From positions 46,316,001-46,380,000 of the forward strand of contig NC_087251.1 of assembly GCF_037042905.1 (NCBI RefSeq): 64,000 nt of DNA, written 5' to 3'. The notes under the pieces were generated by a model. It had not been told where the DNA came from and did not search any database. It saw only the letters and a list, made by a program, of their open reading frames with translations. A program made the position numbers and the translations under genes. Source of the stretch: Lytechinus pictus. Lineage: Eukaryota. How positions within the stretch are numbered: the stretch's first letter is position 1; each line of letters begins with the position of its first letter. Positions 50,501 to 61,768 of the stretch are shown here, in pieces.

Positions 50501-53500
50501 GTCTTCCAACAACAAAAAGTTCTATCTAATGCTAGGGGTCACATCATCGAAACCGACCCTAGAGAGATGAAAGCTGTTCTCTTATTCCCAATGGCATATA
50601 ATATCATCGGTCGGTTTGGAGTTTAGAGCACCATCGAAACTGACCCTAGAGAGATGAAAGCTGTTCTCTTATTCCTAATGGCATATAATATCATCGGTCG
50701 GTTTGGAGTTTAGAGCACCATCGAAACCGACCCTAGAGAGATGAAAGCTGTTCTCTTATTCCTAATGGCATATAATATCATCGGTCGGTTTGGAGTTTAG
50801 AGCACCATCGAAACCGACCCTAGAGAGATGAAAGCTGTTCTCTTATTCCTAATGGCATATAATATCATCATTCGGTTTGGAGTTTAGAGCTAAGACCCTA
50901 GGTGTGTCCTAAGAAAGAGTCTCGTAATAGCATACTTCCACCTTAATGTAGGAATGACTTGCCTTCATTCTTATTCCTTATCCTATCTTGTCATTGTTAG
51001 ATCACCGGTGCAGCTAATCCTGGTAAGACTATGACTGTCCTGGTTAGGGGATCCAACAAGCTTGTCCTAGAAGAGGCAGAACGCTCTATCCATGATGCTC
51101 TCTGTGTCATCAGGTGTCTTGTAAAAAAAAGGTATACCACCCTACTATTCCACTCGATTTATATTGCTATAATGATTTCCATTGCCATGTATACATAATG
51201 TTTTGTGCAACAGTGTAGTGCTGCTATGCTGTGAGTCTACATTGCAGTTGCTTGTTCTACCCAGTTCCCACAGTCACGATCGAAACCGTTGAACGTGGAG
51301 TAATCGTATCAGATTTTAGACAGTTCACAAATTTTTGCGATCTGCTACGAAAGGCCAATCGTGGTGTTCCCAATGGATCGCATGACAGTGCGAACAATGC
51401 ATTAGTATTTCCATATAATAACCTTTTTGAACATTTTCACCAGCATTTTTCTCAATTCTCACTTCACTTCATGAACTGCTCAAGTCATAATCATTTGAGA
51501 GCATTAAAAGTTTTCAAAGCAATAAAAAAAATGACAAATAATTTCAGGAAGGTCTCAAATATCGAGAATCGCTCATACATTATTTGTATAGATTCATGTA
51601 ATCCAAGGCATGAGCAAACTTTAAACTCTAATTCATAGTTACAGTACCATTAATTTAATTCATAGTTACAATACCATTAATTTTTGCATATTGAGTATAT
51701 TCACATTTGATTTCTTGTGATTCATTATCCTAAGTCATGTAAGTTGCTCTCAAACTAGCCAGTTAACTGATGTCACCTTTTCAAAGTTTTACAACGCTAA
51801 TGTTCTAATAGACAGGTTCAAACAATATTTCGTTTATTCATTTTTTTTTTTTATATACATTTGGCATCATTATAATTTCTTATCTAAGTTCTGCTCAACC
51901 TTTTCAGACGGTCTTTCAAATCTTTAGTTAATATGCATCTTCTCATAGATTTTCAATTATTATCTTACATTGCCGCTATTACCTTGAAAATATCATGATA
52001 TTTTGAATTTATATTGTAAAATTTCTGTAAATTTCTTGATTGTTTTGTTATATTTGTTAAGTTCATTGTTTTTTTTTATTGTAAAACATCTGTCAATTCA
52101 GCTTTTAAGCTGCGATCACATGTTTTTAATAAATCTTGAAATCTTTAGGTTATTTTTTTAATGATTTATACAATCCCTTGCCATGATGACGTAGCTTTAC
52201 TTAGGACACCTATGAGTCCAACAGTGATTTGAAAAAGAGCTATATCTGAGCAAAATGGTAGTGAATATTGTCTTGCTTCCCTCACCTGTCATCAGATGCT
52301 GACCTATGCCAGCATTCTCACACTCTAAAAATAAAAGGATAATTATAATCATAGTTACATTTGCATAGTGCTTGATACATGTGTTTCTAAGTGCGCTCTC
52401 TATATGTTACTATTATTCCATCATCAGTTATATGATGCAGACCTATGCCAGCATCTTCACACTTCGAAGCCATGCAATATTTTATTTTCACTTTTTGGAG
52501 GTCTGTTCTAGACGGTCTAGACCTTAGTCGACCTGACTGGTTGACTCAGTGCCTAACCAAAGCTGCAGGTCACCAGTGGACCAATGAAGTAAAGAAATTC
52601 TCTATCTCAAAGATTTTGAAAATGGACCAGTATAAGAACTAAATTTCCAAAAAGTTTCATATGGTACAAGATTACATTCAAACAAGTGGCATTATGGACA
52701 TGAGATTACATTTCTATTACCAATCAGGACATCTCAAATTTTCTTGCTTGAATTTATTGTGCTGTAGTACCTGTGCCGATAAGATATTGTTGCATTCTAG
52801 GTCGACGTACACTGTCACATCCCATATTTCCTCTCACGCCTCATTATTTTCTCTTCAAACAGGGCTCTGATAGCTGGCGGAGGGGCCCCCGAGATCGAGA
52901 TCTCTCACCGCATGACGGAGTACAGCAACAGCCTGAGTGGCATGGAGGCTTATTGCTTCCGAGCCTTCGCCGAGGCCATGGAGGTCATCCCGTCTACGCT
53001 GGCTGAGAATGCCGGGCTGAATCCCATCAGTGTCGTGACCGAGCTGAGGAACAGGCATGCCCAGGGAGAAAAGACTGCTGGTATCAATGTCAGAAAGGTA
53101 CATATAGGTATCTCACGTACGAGGCGTTGCAAGGAACTTGCGATCAGTTGCAAATCTATTTGGAGTCCCCAAGCCAATCAGGTCTTGCAGATGATGGAGA
53201 ATTTGCAACTGATACTAATCTACTTCTTGCAACAAGGGGTGCCAACTGTTTAAACCTAATAGTTTGTAGTATGCTGAAGACTGGGCAGTATTTCATGAAA
53301 CAAATAGTGACTCTTGTTATAAGCTGCTTAAACGCTTACATCTGATTGTTTCAAAGCAAAAATCACTTTTTGTTCAGGAAGTGCTCCCCCTGTGTTATGA
53401 CAATACAGCTTTATATTTATTGAGACTCCATGAACATAGAACATACAACCTCATCACTCACTATTTCTTTTGTTTTTTATTGTTTGAATGAAACCCAACA

Positions 53501-55937
53501 AAAACGGCCTAAACAGAAACTTGGCACTACCAAAACCGTTCGCTAGGCCCTCGCTTGGTGAAATATATCAACAAGTTACTGCTGTCTGAAGATCTCATCT
53601 TCACAATTACCATACTATTTGCTCCTCAGGTTCTTTTGGTCATCATCAAAACCTCGGTGCTCAACTGAAAAGGAGCATTTGTGCCAGGAGCCAATGTCTT
53701 ACTAAAATATTTTATTTACTTTTCCTTTGCAAATTGTTCACTTCACAAACCTGTAACGACTCACTAATTAGACATTTGTTAATTTTTTTTGTCTTAGGGT
53801 GCCATCACTAATATCCTTGAGGAGAATGTAATCCAGCCTCTGCTTGTATCAACCAGTGCAATCCAGCTGGCTTCAGAGACAGTGAGGAGTATCATGAAGA
53901 TTGATGACATTGTAAGTATAAAAAGCCTGAACTGAAAAGTCTCCAGTTTTCCTTGTTCTAAAATAGGAATTTCATATTCTTCGGTGACATGTATTGAAAC
54001 ATGATAACACAAATTCTTAGACAAATCTGTTTTAATGCATCTGCTTACCGTGGGAGGTTACTGGAGGCATTATGCGTTTTTGGTCGTCCAGCCATCCATA
54101 AACTAAAGAACCATTTGATTGGTCAATTTCAAACTATACATATAGGAGTGACAATGATCTGATCAGTTTTGAGGGTAACAAGATGAGAGGTCATTATGTA
54201 CCTGACAGTTTAGGGTTGAACTTCAGAAATGGCTATGTATGAATATGGAAGTGACAATGATCCGAGTAGATGTTGGGGTCATGAGATTAAAGGTCACAGA
54301 GGTCATTGCATATATTGAAATATCTTGTTCTAACGATAACTGAAGAACCATTTGAAGGATCGACTTCAAACTCAGTTCATATATGCATATAGGGTGGACA
54401 ATGATCTGAAAATGATTAACCCTTATCTATCAAATTGACCCCCCCCCCCATCGACAAAATTTGTCACTACGCCATGGCGCAATTTTTTTTACTGCACTGC
54501 TCGCTGACTTTTTACCTTAAAGCCTTGCGCATCTTTTGAGACCAAATTTGCGACCCCCCGGGTACGCGGTTCCGAAATTATGCAACATTTGTTAAGCGCA
54601 TGTCAGACCCAAAATTGCTCAAAAACGTGATTCTGTGTACAAAGTCAATGCAAATTTTGTTTTTCAACCTAAAAATTGATTTATTTTACGCTATTTATGA
54701 TTGCAAAAAGGTCCCCACCAAAGTTCATCGGAAAAAACAAAGGTTTAAAACAAACAAAGAAATCATAACAATTTAAAAAAAACAATAAAATTCATAAGAA
54801 ATAATTACATTTTGGCAATCCTTTATCGATATTTGTTAGAAATGTAAAAATTGATACTCTCACACCAAAAATTAGCATTCTACTAGTTATGTAAATTGAG
54901 TTAAAGGCAAAAACATACACAAAAAGCCAAATTCAGGGCAAATTTAATACGCTTATTCGCATAATTAATTAATTCAAATATATGAAGAAAAAAAAATTTC
55001 AAAATTTTACAATATTCTTCCAGTATACATCCAGCTCTACACGCGTGCAAATTTTCTTTGGCGATAGCGCAATCAGCGGTCGAGATCTGAGGGGAGGGGT
55101 CAAATTGACCCCCTGTATATTTTCCCGGTCTGAAATGCCCAGTTTATATAGGGTTAAGGTTCATGAGGTAAAAGGTCACAGAGGTCAGTGCATATATTGA
55201 AATATTGTGTTCTCGCGATAATGAAGAACCACTGAGGGATCAAATTAGTTCATGCATGCATATTTGAGAGACAAAGATCTTATCAGATTTTGGGGTCAAA
55301 GGATGGGCATAAACTTGAAAATATCACATTTTCTTCAAAAGTAAAAAAAAATTAAAAATTGAGAGTTAACTTCAAACTTGTCTGAGTTGATTTTATATTT
55401 GCATATGAGTGATGATGATCTGGGGAGCGTTTCATGAAGGGACTTTGTCCGACAAGTTCTGTTTTATCCGACAATTACCATAGTAACAGTACCTCTCAGC
55501 AAATCAGAATCAAGGAAAGATGTCAGATCTGACAACTTGTCGGATGAAAATGTTGATGAAACGCTCCCCAGATGATCCACTAAACCATTGCGTCTATGAA
55601 TGTGGAAGAGCCGTGGTGTAGTGGTTCTTGAAAACAGAGGGTCGTGTGTTCGATTCCCACTGCGAATGGGTACCCGGTAGGATGCGAAAGCCTATGTAGT
55701 ATTCCTAGCAATTGAGTCTTGGAACTCTTGTTGGAATGCTCCCCAGGGAGTGGAGAAGGTGCATACATTGTATGCGGGCATGCAAGGTTCCGATGACCGG
55801 AGTAATAATATGCTGTAAAGCACTTTAGGCCATTATTATTATTATTGATGTGCATAGTCAACTTAGAAGTGTGTAACCCCAAGTCATTGAATTGTCTCTT
55901 TCTCTTTCTGTCTTTTCATCAGGTCAATGCTCGATAA
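38416..55937 (+). CDS. CCT4: T-complex protein 1 subunit delta (CCT4), 14 coding exons, 531 aa
   Basis: Exons 38416-38518, 40076-40128, 40634-40723, 41221-41329, 41998-42140, 43520-43641, 43984-44119, 48478-48617, 49261-49357, 50078-50185, 51001-51131, 52863-53097, 53798-53911, 55923-55937 (1596 nt, all GT-AG, phases consistent). Motifs: [79 protein letters not shown]. Confidence 0.97.
38826..39610. mobile_element. Two adjacent TIR elements in CCT4 intron 1 (38826-39292 and about 39292-39610)
   Basis: GGCAGTAGAGGCG/CGCCTCTACTGCC termini; the second has about 110-bp inverted arms (CCCACCTCTTTT..GGATTCGCCG). Confidence 0.7.
40076..40128 (+). CDS. CCT4: CCT4 exon 2
   Basis: [17 protein letters not shown]. 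Confidence 0.95.
40634..40723 (+). CDS. CCT4: CCT4 exon 3
   Basis: [30 protein letters not shown]. Confidence 0.95.
41221..41329 (+). CDS. CCT4: CCT4 exon 4
   Basis: [20 protein letters not shown]. Confidence 0.95.
41998..42140 (+). CDS. CCT4: CCT4 exon 5
   Basis: [11 protein letters not shown]...TTSLNSK. Confidence 0.95.
43297..43372 (+). ncRNA. SNORD58: Box C/D snoRNA, U58/SNORD58-like, copy 1 (CCT4 intron 5)
   Basis: TTGC/GCAA terminal stem, box C ATGATGA 43302, guide CTTAGGACACCT, D' ATGA, C' GTGATTT, box D CTGA 43365. Confidence 0.88.
43520..43641 (+). CDS. CCT4: CCT4 exon 6
   Basis: [16 protein letters not shown]...QKL. Confidence 0.95.
43984..44119 (+). CDS. CCT4: CCT4 exon 7
   Basis: GTIEDTELV...SAPKTD. 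Confidence 0.95.
44638..47023. mobile_element. 2.4-kb non-autonomous hAT-like element in CCT4 intron 7
   Basis: TIR TAAGCTTTTTCGGTAT / ATACCGAAAAAGCTTA, subterminal ATACCGGTAT repeats, 8-bp TSD CTATTAAC/CTATTTAC. Confidence 0.8.
47031..47781. mobile_element. piggyBac-like MITE
   Basis: CCCTAAAAG ... CTTTTAGGG termini; body shared with 54420-55153 (inverted) and 22368-22631. Confidence 0.75.
47805..47880 (+). ncRNA. SNORD58: Box C/D snoRNA, U58/SNORD58-like, copy 2 (CCT4 intron 7)
   Basis: Same architecture; box C 47810, box D 47873. Confidence 0.88.
48478..48617 (+). CDS. CCT4: CCT4 exon 8
   Basis: [21 protein letters not shown]...QKSIL. Confidence 0.95.
49083..49162 (+). ncRNA. SNORD58: Box C/D snoRNA, U58/SNORD58-like, copy 3 (CCT4 intron 8), most diverged
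   Basis: ATTTGC/GCAAAT stem, box C 49090, guide intact, box D 49153; about 100 nt from the 3' splice site. Confidence 0.88.
49261..49357 (+). CDS. CCT4: CCT4 exon 9
   Basis: [11 protein letters not shown]...EFVCK. Confidence 0.95.
49540..49615 (+). ncRNA. SNORD58: Box C/D snoRNA, U58/SNORD58-like, copy 4 (CCT4 intron 9)
   Basis: Box C 49545, box D 49608, guide intact. Confidence 0.88.
50078..50185 (+). CDS. CCT4: CCT4 exon 10
   Basis: [13 protein letters not shown]...KVVK. Confidence 0.95.
50545..50890. repeat. 87-bp tandem repeat x4 in CCT4 intron 10
   Basis: Units start at 50545, 50632, 50719 and 50806; near-identical. Confidence 0.95.
51001..51131 (+). CDS. CCT4: CCT4 exon 11
   Basis: [10 protein letters not shown]...[21 protein letters not shown]. 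Confidence 0.95.
52178..52253 (+). ncRNA. SNORD58: Box C/D snoRNA, U58/SNORD58-like, copy 5 (CCT4 intron 11)
   Basis: Box C 52183, box D 52246, guide intact. Confidence 0.88.
52863..53097 (+). CDS. CCT4: CCT4 exon 12
   Basis: [12 protein letters not shown]...GINVRK. Confidence 0.95.
53798..53911 (+). CDS. CCT4: CCT4 exon 13
   Basis: [14 protein letters not shown]...KIDDI. Confidence 0.95.
54420..55153. mobile_element. piggyBac-like MITE
   Basis: TTAA|CCCT...AGGG|TTAA. Confidence 0.78.
55923..55937 (+). CDS. CCT4: CCT4 terminal exon, coding part (VNAR*)
   Basis: Long pyrimidine tract plus CAG acceptor, then GTC AAT GCT CGA TAA. Confidence 0.9.
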   Translation, partial: VNAR

Positions 55938-57431
55938 CCTCTGGCAGTACAGTAGTTTGTGAACCAGTATCTATGTGAATGTTGCTGAGTGGAGTCTTGT
56001 TACAGCACTGTTTAAATAAATATATACTTAACACGTTTATGCTCCATGTTTTGAGCAAACTCGGAATCCCTTTCCATCAAATAGATGACTGATCCAGCGG
56101 ACCATTTCATGAAAAAATAGGGTCTGTGCAGTGACTTCACTGACTTGTTATAAGCTACCGAAATCCTTGCATCTGATTGGCTCAGAGCAAATTTGTTGGT
56201 GAAAATCTCTGATTGTTTGTTTCATGAAATGCTCCCCTAGGGTTCATGAACCACGCCATAAACCGAGGAGATTTAGAACAGTAAAATATGTTTTGAAGGA
56301 ACAAACGAGTGAATCTACTGACATTCCTTTTGTGAAAGCATCATGGTCTTATCATCTGAGAGCAATATAAGCTTGAGTAGAAATCATTTTGATGAAAGAG
56401 TTAGGTGTTAGAACAAACATTTCTTGCATGACACAAGAAAAAAGAATGGCAAGATTCAAACAGGCACATTAACTCTGAAAATATTGGTAATTGAATGTGG
56501 AATTGCCCATCTCATATGAGTGTCCTACTGGTAGTGGGTCTAAGTGGTCAGCATCATTAAAAATCTTAAATATTGGAAAGTGTTAATTCAAATTTGGAAT
56601 AATTTGAATAATTATTGAACCTCAAGGAATGTTGGCAGGAGACTGCATTCTTTGCTCCCTTGAAATATTTGAAGAATTTGATGTTCTGCAAATATGAAAT
56701 TGCGATTATTGCAGACCACTCTTTTCTTTCACCTGTACTACACTTTAAAATGAAAGCTCTATGACAATGTTATTGTGTTCCAGTCACTGAACACCCAAGT
56801 GAATGGTTAGTTTTTTGTAAGATTTTTTTCAGGAGGAACACTGGATACAATAGATAAAAGTCAAGTCTGCACAAGTAGACCTTTTAGTTGTTAAAGCAAT
56901 TTTTCAGACCAGGTTATGCAAAGCATTTACATGTTGTTTATTTCCTCAGAGTCAAATTTCGCCCCAGTCAAACAGATTTCTTTGATGACAAGGGCAGACT
57001 CGCCTGTTTATGATAAAAAGGATGCATTAAGTGAGCAAAAAGTTGAAATTCCAAAGAGTTTCTGTTTTAAAATCTCCTAAATGAAACTATCAAACTACCT
57101 TGAAATGACAGTCTTAAAGCATTATACACTTTGCTTGACTTGTCAAGTGAAAGCTTCTTAAAATGAGCAAGCTCAGGAGAAATCTCGGAATGCTCATCTC
57201 TACTACCCTTTTTAAAGCATTTTGTTGACACAAACTTTCCCAGTACACAAGATCTTGAATGTAAAGGCCACGTATGAGTGGTTGATTGTAAACTATTTCC
57301 CTTTTGTAATTTAATATTATATCTTATGCATGATGTGCCGTTTGTTTTGTACTATTATTTTGATATAAATATTCATGTATTGTGAATGCCATAAATAATC
57401 TCTATGCGAGAGGTAGAATGCATTGCAGTTC

Positions 57432-57437
57432 AATAAA
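57432..57437 (+). promoter_or_regulatory. Candidate distal polyadenylation signal of CCT4 (a proximal AATAAA lies near 56015)
   Basis: AATAAA followed by T/GT-rich sequence. Confidence 0.45.
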
Positions 57438-57809
57438 AGCTGAAAGTGTCAGCACTGGAAAAATATATCTTGTTTTATCAATGTTATGACCAAAGAACTA
57501 TAATATTATGTTGTTTTGATCTAGTAATGATTAAAAATAATGTTATTTACTGAGAAAATGTGACTGAGGGTAGGGATGGGGGGTTATTCATGTGGTCTGT
57601 TAGTAGTTGGTGTACACATTTGGTCTAACATTAACTTTGTCTAATGATAATTTCATCTAATTAGGAAATGGTTGCAGTTGTAGACATGCTATGGTTAGAC
57701 CAATGTGGGAAGAGACTAAATGTCAAACTGACGAAGTGGACATACCAACAAGAGTTGGTTCATAATTGGTTGACTGAAAAGAGAGAGAGATGGTGAATAG
57801 TATGAAGGG

Positions 57810-58062
57810 GGTGTGAATTGAATGGCGGCTGAATGGATATGAAATGGCAAATGAAAGAAAAGACTAAAAGGATGTGAATTTGAAGGGGAAATGAAAGAAA
57901 AAAAACTAAATGGGTGTGGATTTGAATGGCAAATGAAAGAAAAGTTTAAATGGGTGTGAATTTGAAGGGCAAAGGAAAGAAAAGTGAAATTGGTGTGAAC
58001 TTGAAGGGCAAATGAAAGAAAACATTTAATGGGTGTGAATTTGAATGACAAATGAAAGGAAA
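57810..58062. repeat. About 40-bp degenerate minisatellite
   Basis: gggtgtgaatttgaagggcaaatgaaagaaaa repeated about 6 times. Confidence 0.8.
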
Positions 58063-58559
58063 TACTGAAGGCAGATACATTTTTTTTATATATGTATTTA
58101 CCGGTATTGAAAATAAGTATTTACAATGTAATTACAAATTTTAGGGAGGACCACAACAATTTTAGGGAGGACGCAGGAAAAAAAATTGACAAGCAAAAAA
58201 GTCTTCAATTTCAAAACAGGGGGCACACCTCTGCTTTAATGGCATTTTACATTACAAATTTTAATTTTGCTTCTCAAAAGAAGGGGGGCACGTGCCCCCC
58301 CCCCCCCCCCGGATCCGTGCCTGTCTATATCCCACCCCTTTTTTATCTCCGGTTCTCCTTTTCCTTGGGTGTGGATCTTATCGATCAGCCCCTCCCCCCC
58401 CCCCCCTTCCGGCCCCTCCCCTCATACTAGTGGTGGACACCGGTATCGGTGTAAAGACAAAGTGAATGGTATACCAGTCGGGATAGTCAATCTTGACGTT
58501 CATATGCCATAATAATCAATATAAATTATATTTTTATAATGATTGTGGGCATTAACGGA

Positions 58560-58885
58560 AAGACAAGACAAGATACCAGTACACGTGTTAATACGGTCGT
58601 CGATCTTTTGGAACACGGAAGATAGTACGTACATCTTTAGCAATTTTCGTTTCGATGGCGCGGGTCGTGTCTCAGTCATATCATGAGCGAAACCCAAGGC
58701 CAAGATTCCATCGATTTCCTGCATGGTCGGCCTCCAATGATCGTGGAGTGAGTGCATCCCGACCGCTCCTCCGCAATTGTGAACTGGTAAGATTGGAGCG
58801 GATATATCGTGGGAGATTTTTGGAAGGATGCTGCATCTGTTTTAGGATCGTAAACACTGTTTCCTATCGTCTAATTGATGTAAGT
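58560..58885 (+). other. CpG-rich possible promoter/first exon of an unidentified downstream gene
   Basis: Local CpG enrichment, ATGGCG at 58655, strong donors CTG|GTAAGA (about 58787) and GAT|GTAAGT (about 58880); no recognisable protein. Confidence 0.35.
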
Positions 58886-59251
58886 AAAATTATGGGATTT
58901 TCATTGTGTTGCATGTTGTTTTGTTTTCAATTTCGATGAACACACAAAAAAAAAAAAAAAGCGGCGTCGATGCCTGCCGGTGCATGTGTGCCAACGCAAT
59001 ATAGTGTGAGTAGTGATGGTAGTGGTAGTACTATTGGTTCAGGTGTGTGTGTGTGCGACCTTGCATTGCAGGTGTTCATATAATGCATGCAGGCACAAGT
59101 TATCTGTTGGTATCAAGAAGCGAGATGATGCTTTTGTTGCAATTAGGTGGCAAAATCAAGAATGTAATAATTCAAAGGTAATCTACATATGTATTAAATC
59201 TTTGACTCCAGCATTAATCTGCCTGTTGATTATTTGGTATTTGGCAGTGAG

Positions 59252-59900
59252 CCCGGGGGGGCTACTTCCATTGACGAGTGGATACCATGCGCGACCACGG
59301 GGTCTTGAAAAGCGCCCTAAACACGTATTTTCCATATTCTGAAAATGCACCCCTTAACAAGTATTGGCGTGTGTAACCCTACCCTTAACACGTATTGGAA
59401 ACAAATACTATTGGCAAGTATTCCCAGAATTGAGCGATGTATTTTCCATATTCTGAAAATGCACCTAACAAGTATTAGAAACAAAACGATACTCTTGGCA
59501 AGTATTTCCTGAAATGAACCCCTAAACAAGTACAGCGATATTTTATTGTTATGTCACGGGTCCGTAGGTCGTCGGTTTTACCTTTACACACCATTATTTT
59601 GGTTTAGTACGGCCCCACCTTTCACACCTCGCGCAAATCGGACTCTAAACACGGAGTGTTGGGGCAAAAAGGACATCCTTTATAAAACATTTTGATTTTG
59701 TTTTATCATCCCCGCATATTTGACCCTAAACACGTATATTTTTCCGAGCGAAATAGATACCCTTTTTTAAATATTTTTGTGTTTTTGACACCCTTATCAC
59801 GTTACGTACGTAACGTGCCCTATCTTGAAAAGGACATCCTTTTTACGTGTTTTTTGGTCGCGCATGGTATCCACTCGTCAATGTAAGTGGCCCCCCCGGG
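59252..59900. mobile_element. Non-autonomous DNA transposon with CCCGGG termini
   Basis: About 45-bp TIR (CCCGGGGGG..CATTGACGAGTGGATACCATGCGCGACCA), perfect 8-bp TSD GCAGTGAG. Confidence 0.85.
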
Positions 59901-61768
59901 GCAGTGAGTCAGGACATATCATGCAACATTGCAAGGCTTGATTTTTAAGAAAATTCTTTCAAATTGAGTATTGCAACTGATCAGTCTGGAACATACAGTG
60001 TATTTCCATTAATCGATGAACAGGCATAGTAATTAGTATAGCTATAGCTACAAGCAATCTTGGACAAGTTAAGTAAAAGTAAGAATTTATATTGGACATA
60101 TTATGGCTTTCAGGGGCGGATCCAGGATTCTAAGGGGGGGGGCACATTTTCCCAGAGAAAAAATTTGACAAGCAAAAAAAAAACAAGGGTTTTCACCCAA
60201 AATTGAAGGTCATTTTGTCTATTTGGCAAGCCAAAAAAATAAAAGGTCCTCACTTGTGTCTTGAGTATGCAATGACACATTCCCATAATAGAAATACATG
60301 CTGTGACTTTTAAAAGGAGGGCGGGCTCACTTGTGTAAGAACGGCATATATACATTAACAATTTCGATTATGGCTCTCAAAGGGGGGGGGCATGGGCCGA
60401 TGTGATGTGTGCCCCCCCCCCCCCCCTTACCGGATCCACCCTTTATGACTTTGTGTAATGGTTCATTGACAAAGTATATCCCCCTAACCATATATTCCTT
60501 CATTGATCTGTTCCGAGAATTTTAGAAATAGGTCTACTGTACAGAAAATGCTAATGACCTGCATTCACTTCTCTAATTTTCATTTCAAATTCAATTTATT
60601 CACATCCATTAAAAAGGTACAATAATACATATAATAATGATCAAATCAATCAATACATACATCAATATTATGACAAAAGAAAAGGTCCTCTAATTTGTAA
60701 TTTGTGACAATTAATGAAAGCTAAAGTACAGTGATTATAGTGAATGAGTAAATGCAAAAGCCTTTTTCTGTTCAACTTTCTTGTGCTTTGCTCATTTCCT
60801 AATGTAAAAACAGGGTCTGCATTATATTTATTTTTCATAATTTTTTTATATTATTGAAAATGATAATCCCTTTGATTATTTTACTTGATCATCCAAAGAA
60901 CATCACCATTGCATGCAGTTATTTTAACAAATAACTCACAACTGTGTAGTTATGTGAGTTTGAATTGAATGAAATGTTTAAGAAATTAATAATTACGGAT
61001 TACAAAGATTGATGCAGTTAAACAATGGTTGTAAAATCTGGTTTTGATGGTCCTGTTTTTTTTTTAGCAAATGAGCTGATATTTTATTTGAAAATTGTAA
61101 ACATGCAGCCAATATTGATAAGATTAAAAAAGTTCAAATTTTCTTTGGTATTCATAAAATGTATCCCATACAAACCTCATAATTACCTATTCCTTTAAAG
61201 CTATGTTGCATTTTGATTGTTCTGCTAATCACTATGTTGATTTCATTTGAGTAAATTCATGTTTGTTATATTGTATTTCTATTGTGATTTATATTTTCCA
61301 AATAATATTTAATAATACCGGTAATAATAATGATAATATAATAATGATAATAGTAATTAATTATATAATAATCAATTCAATTCAAAGTCTTTATTTGCAT
61401 AAAAATGCACAGTATATACTTAAGTATAATAAAGTAATAATAATAATGATAATAATAATAATAATATTGATGATGATAAAGAATGATTTGTGTAGGTCTG
61501 ATTGTAGGGTATTTCCTTTTTCTTTGTTCTGATGTATTTACTAATTTTCTTTTTATGGACATTGAGATCAAACATGGCCACTGTTTTCCAGGCGGAAAAG
61601 TGCCCCCTGGGAAAACTCGGGACAGTCTTACGTGTGTGTGTGTTTTTACTTTTTTTGTTTTGGGGAGTGAGAGACAAGTTTTGTGCCTCAAAATGCCATT
61701 AAAAGAATGCTAGATCCACACCCCTCTCTTCAGTGGTCAATTAGCTTTCTGAATAAAAGAAATGTTAA

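Noticed and set aside
50545..50890. CRISPR-like array or hammerhead ribozyme tandem
   Set aside because: Units are contiguous with no unique spacers, the context is a eukaryotic intron, and there is no CUGANGA...GAAA core on either strand.
53618..53680. TGCTCCT...AGGAGCA hairpin in CCT4 intron 12 as an H/ACA snoRNA
   Set aside because: No ANANNA hinge after the hairpin and no convincing second hairpin with ACA.
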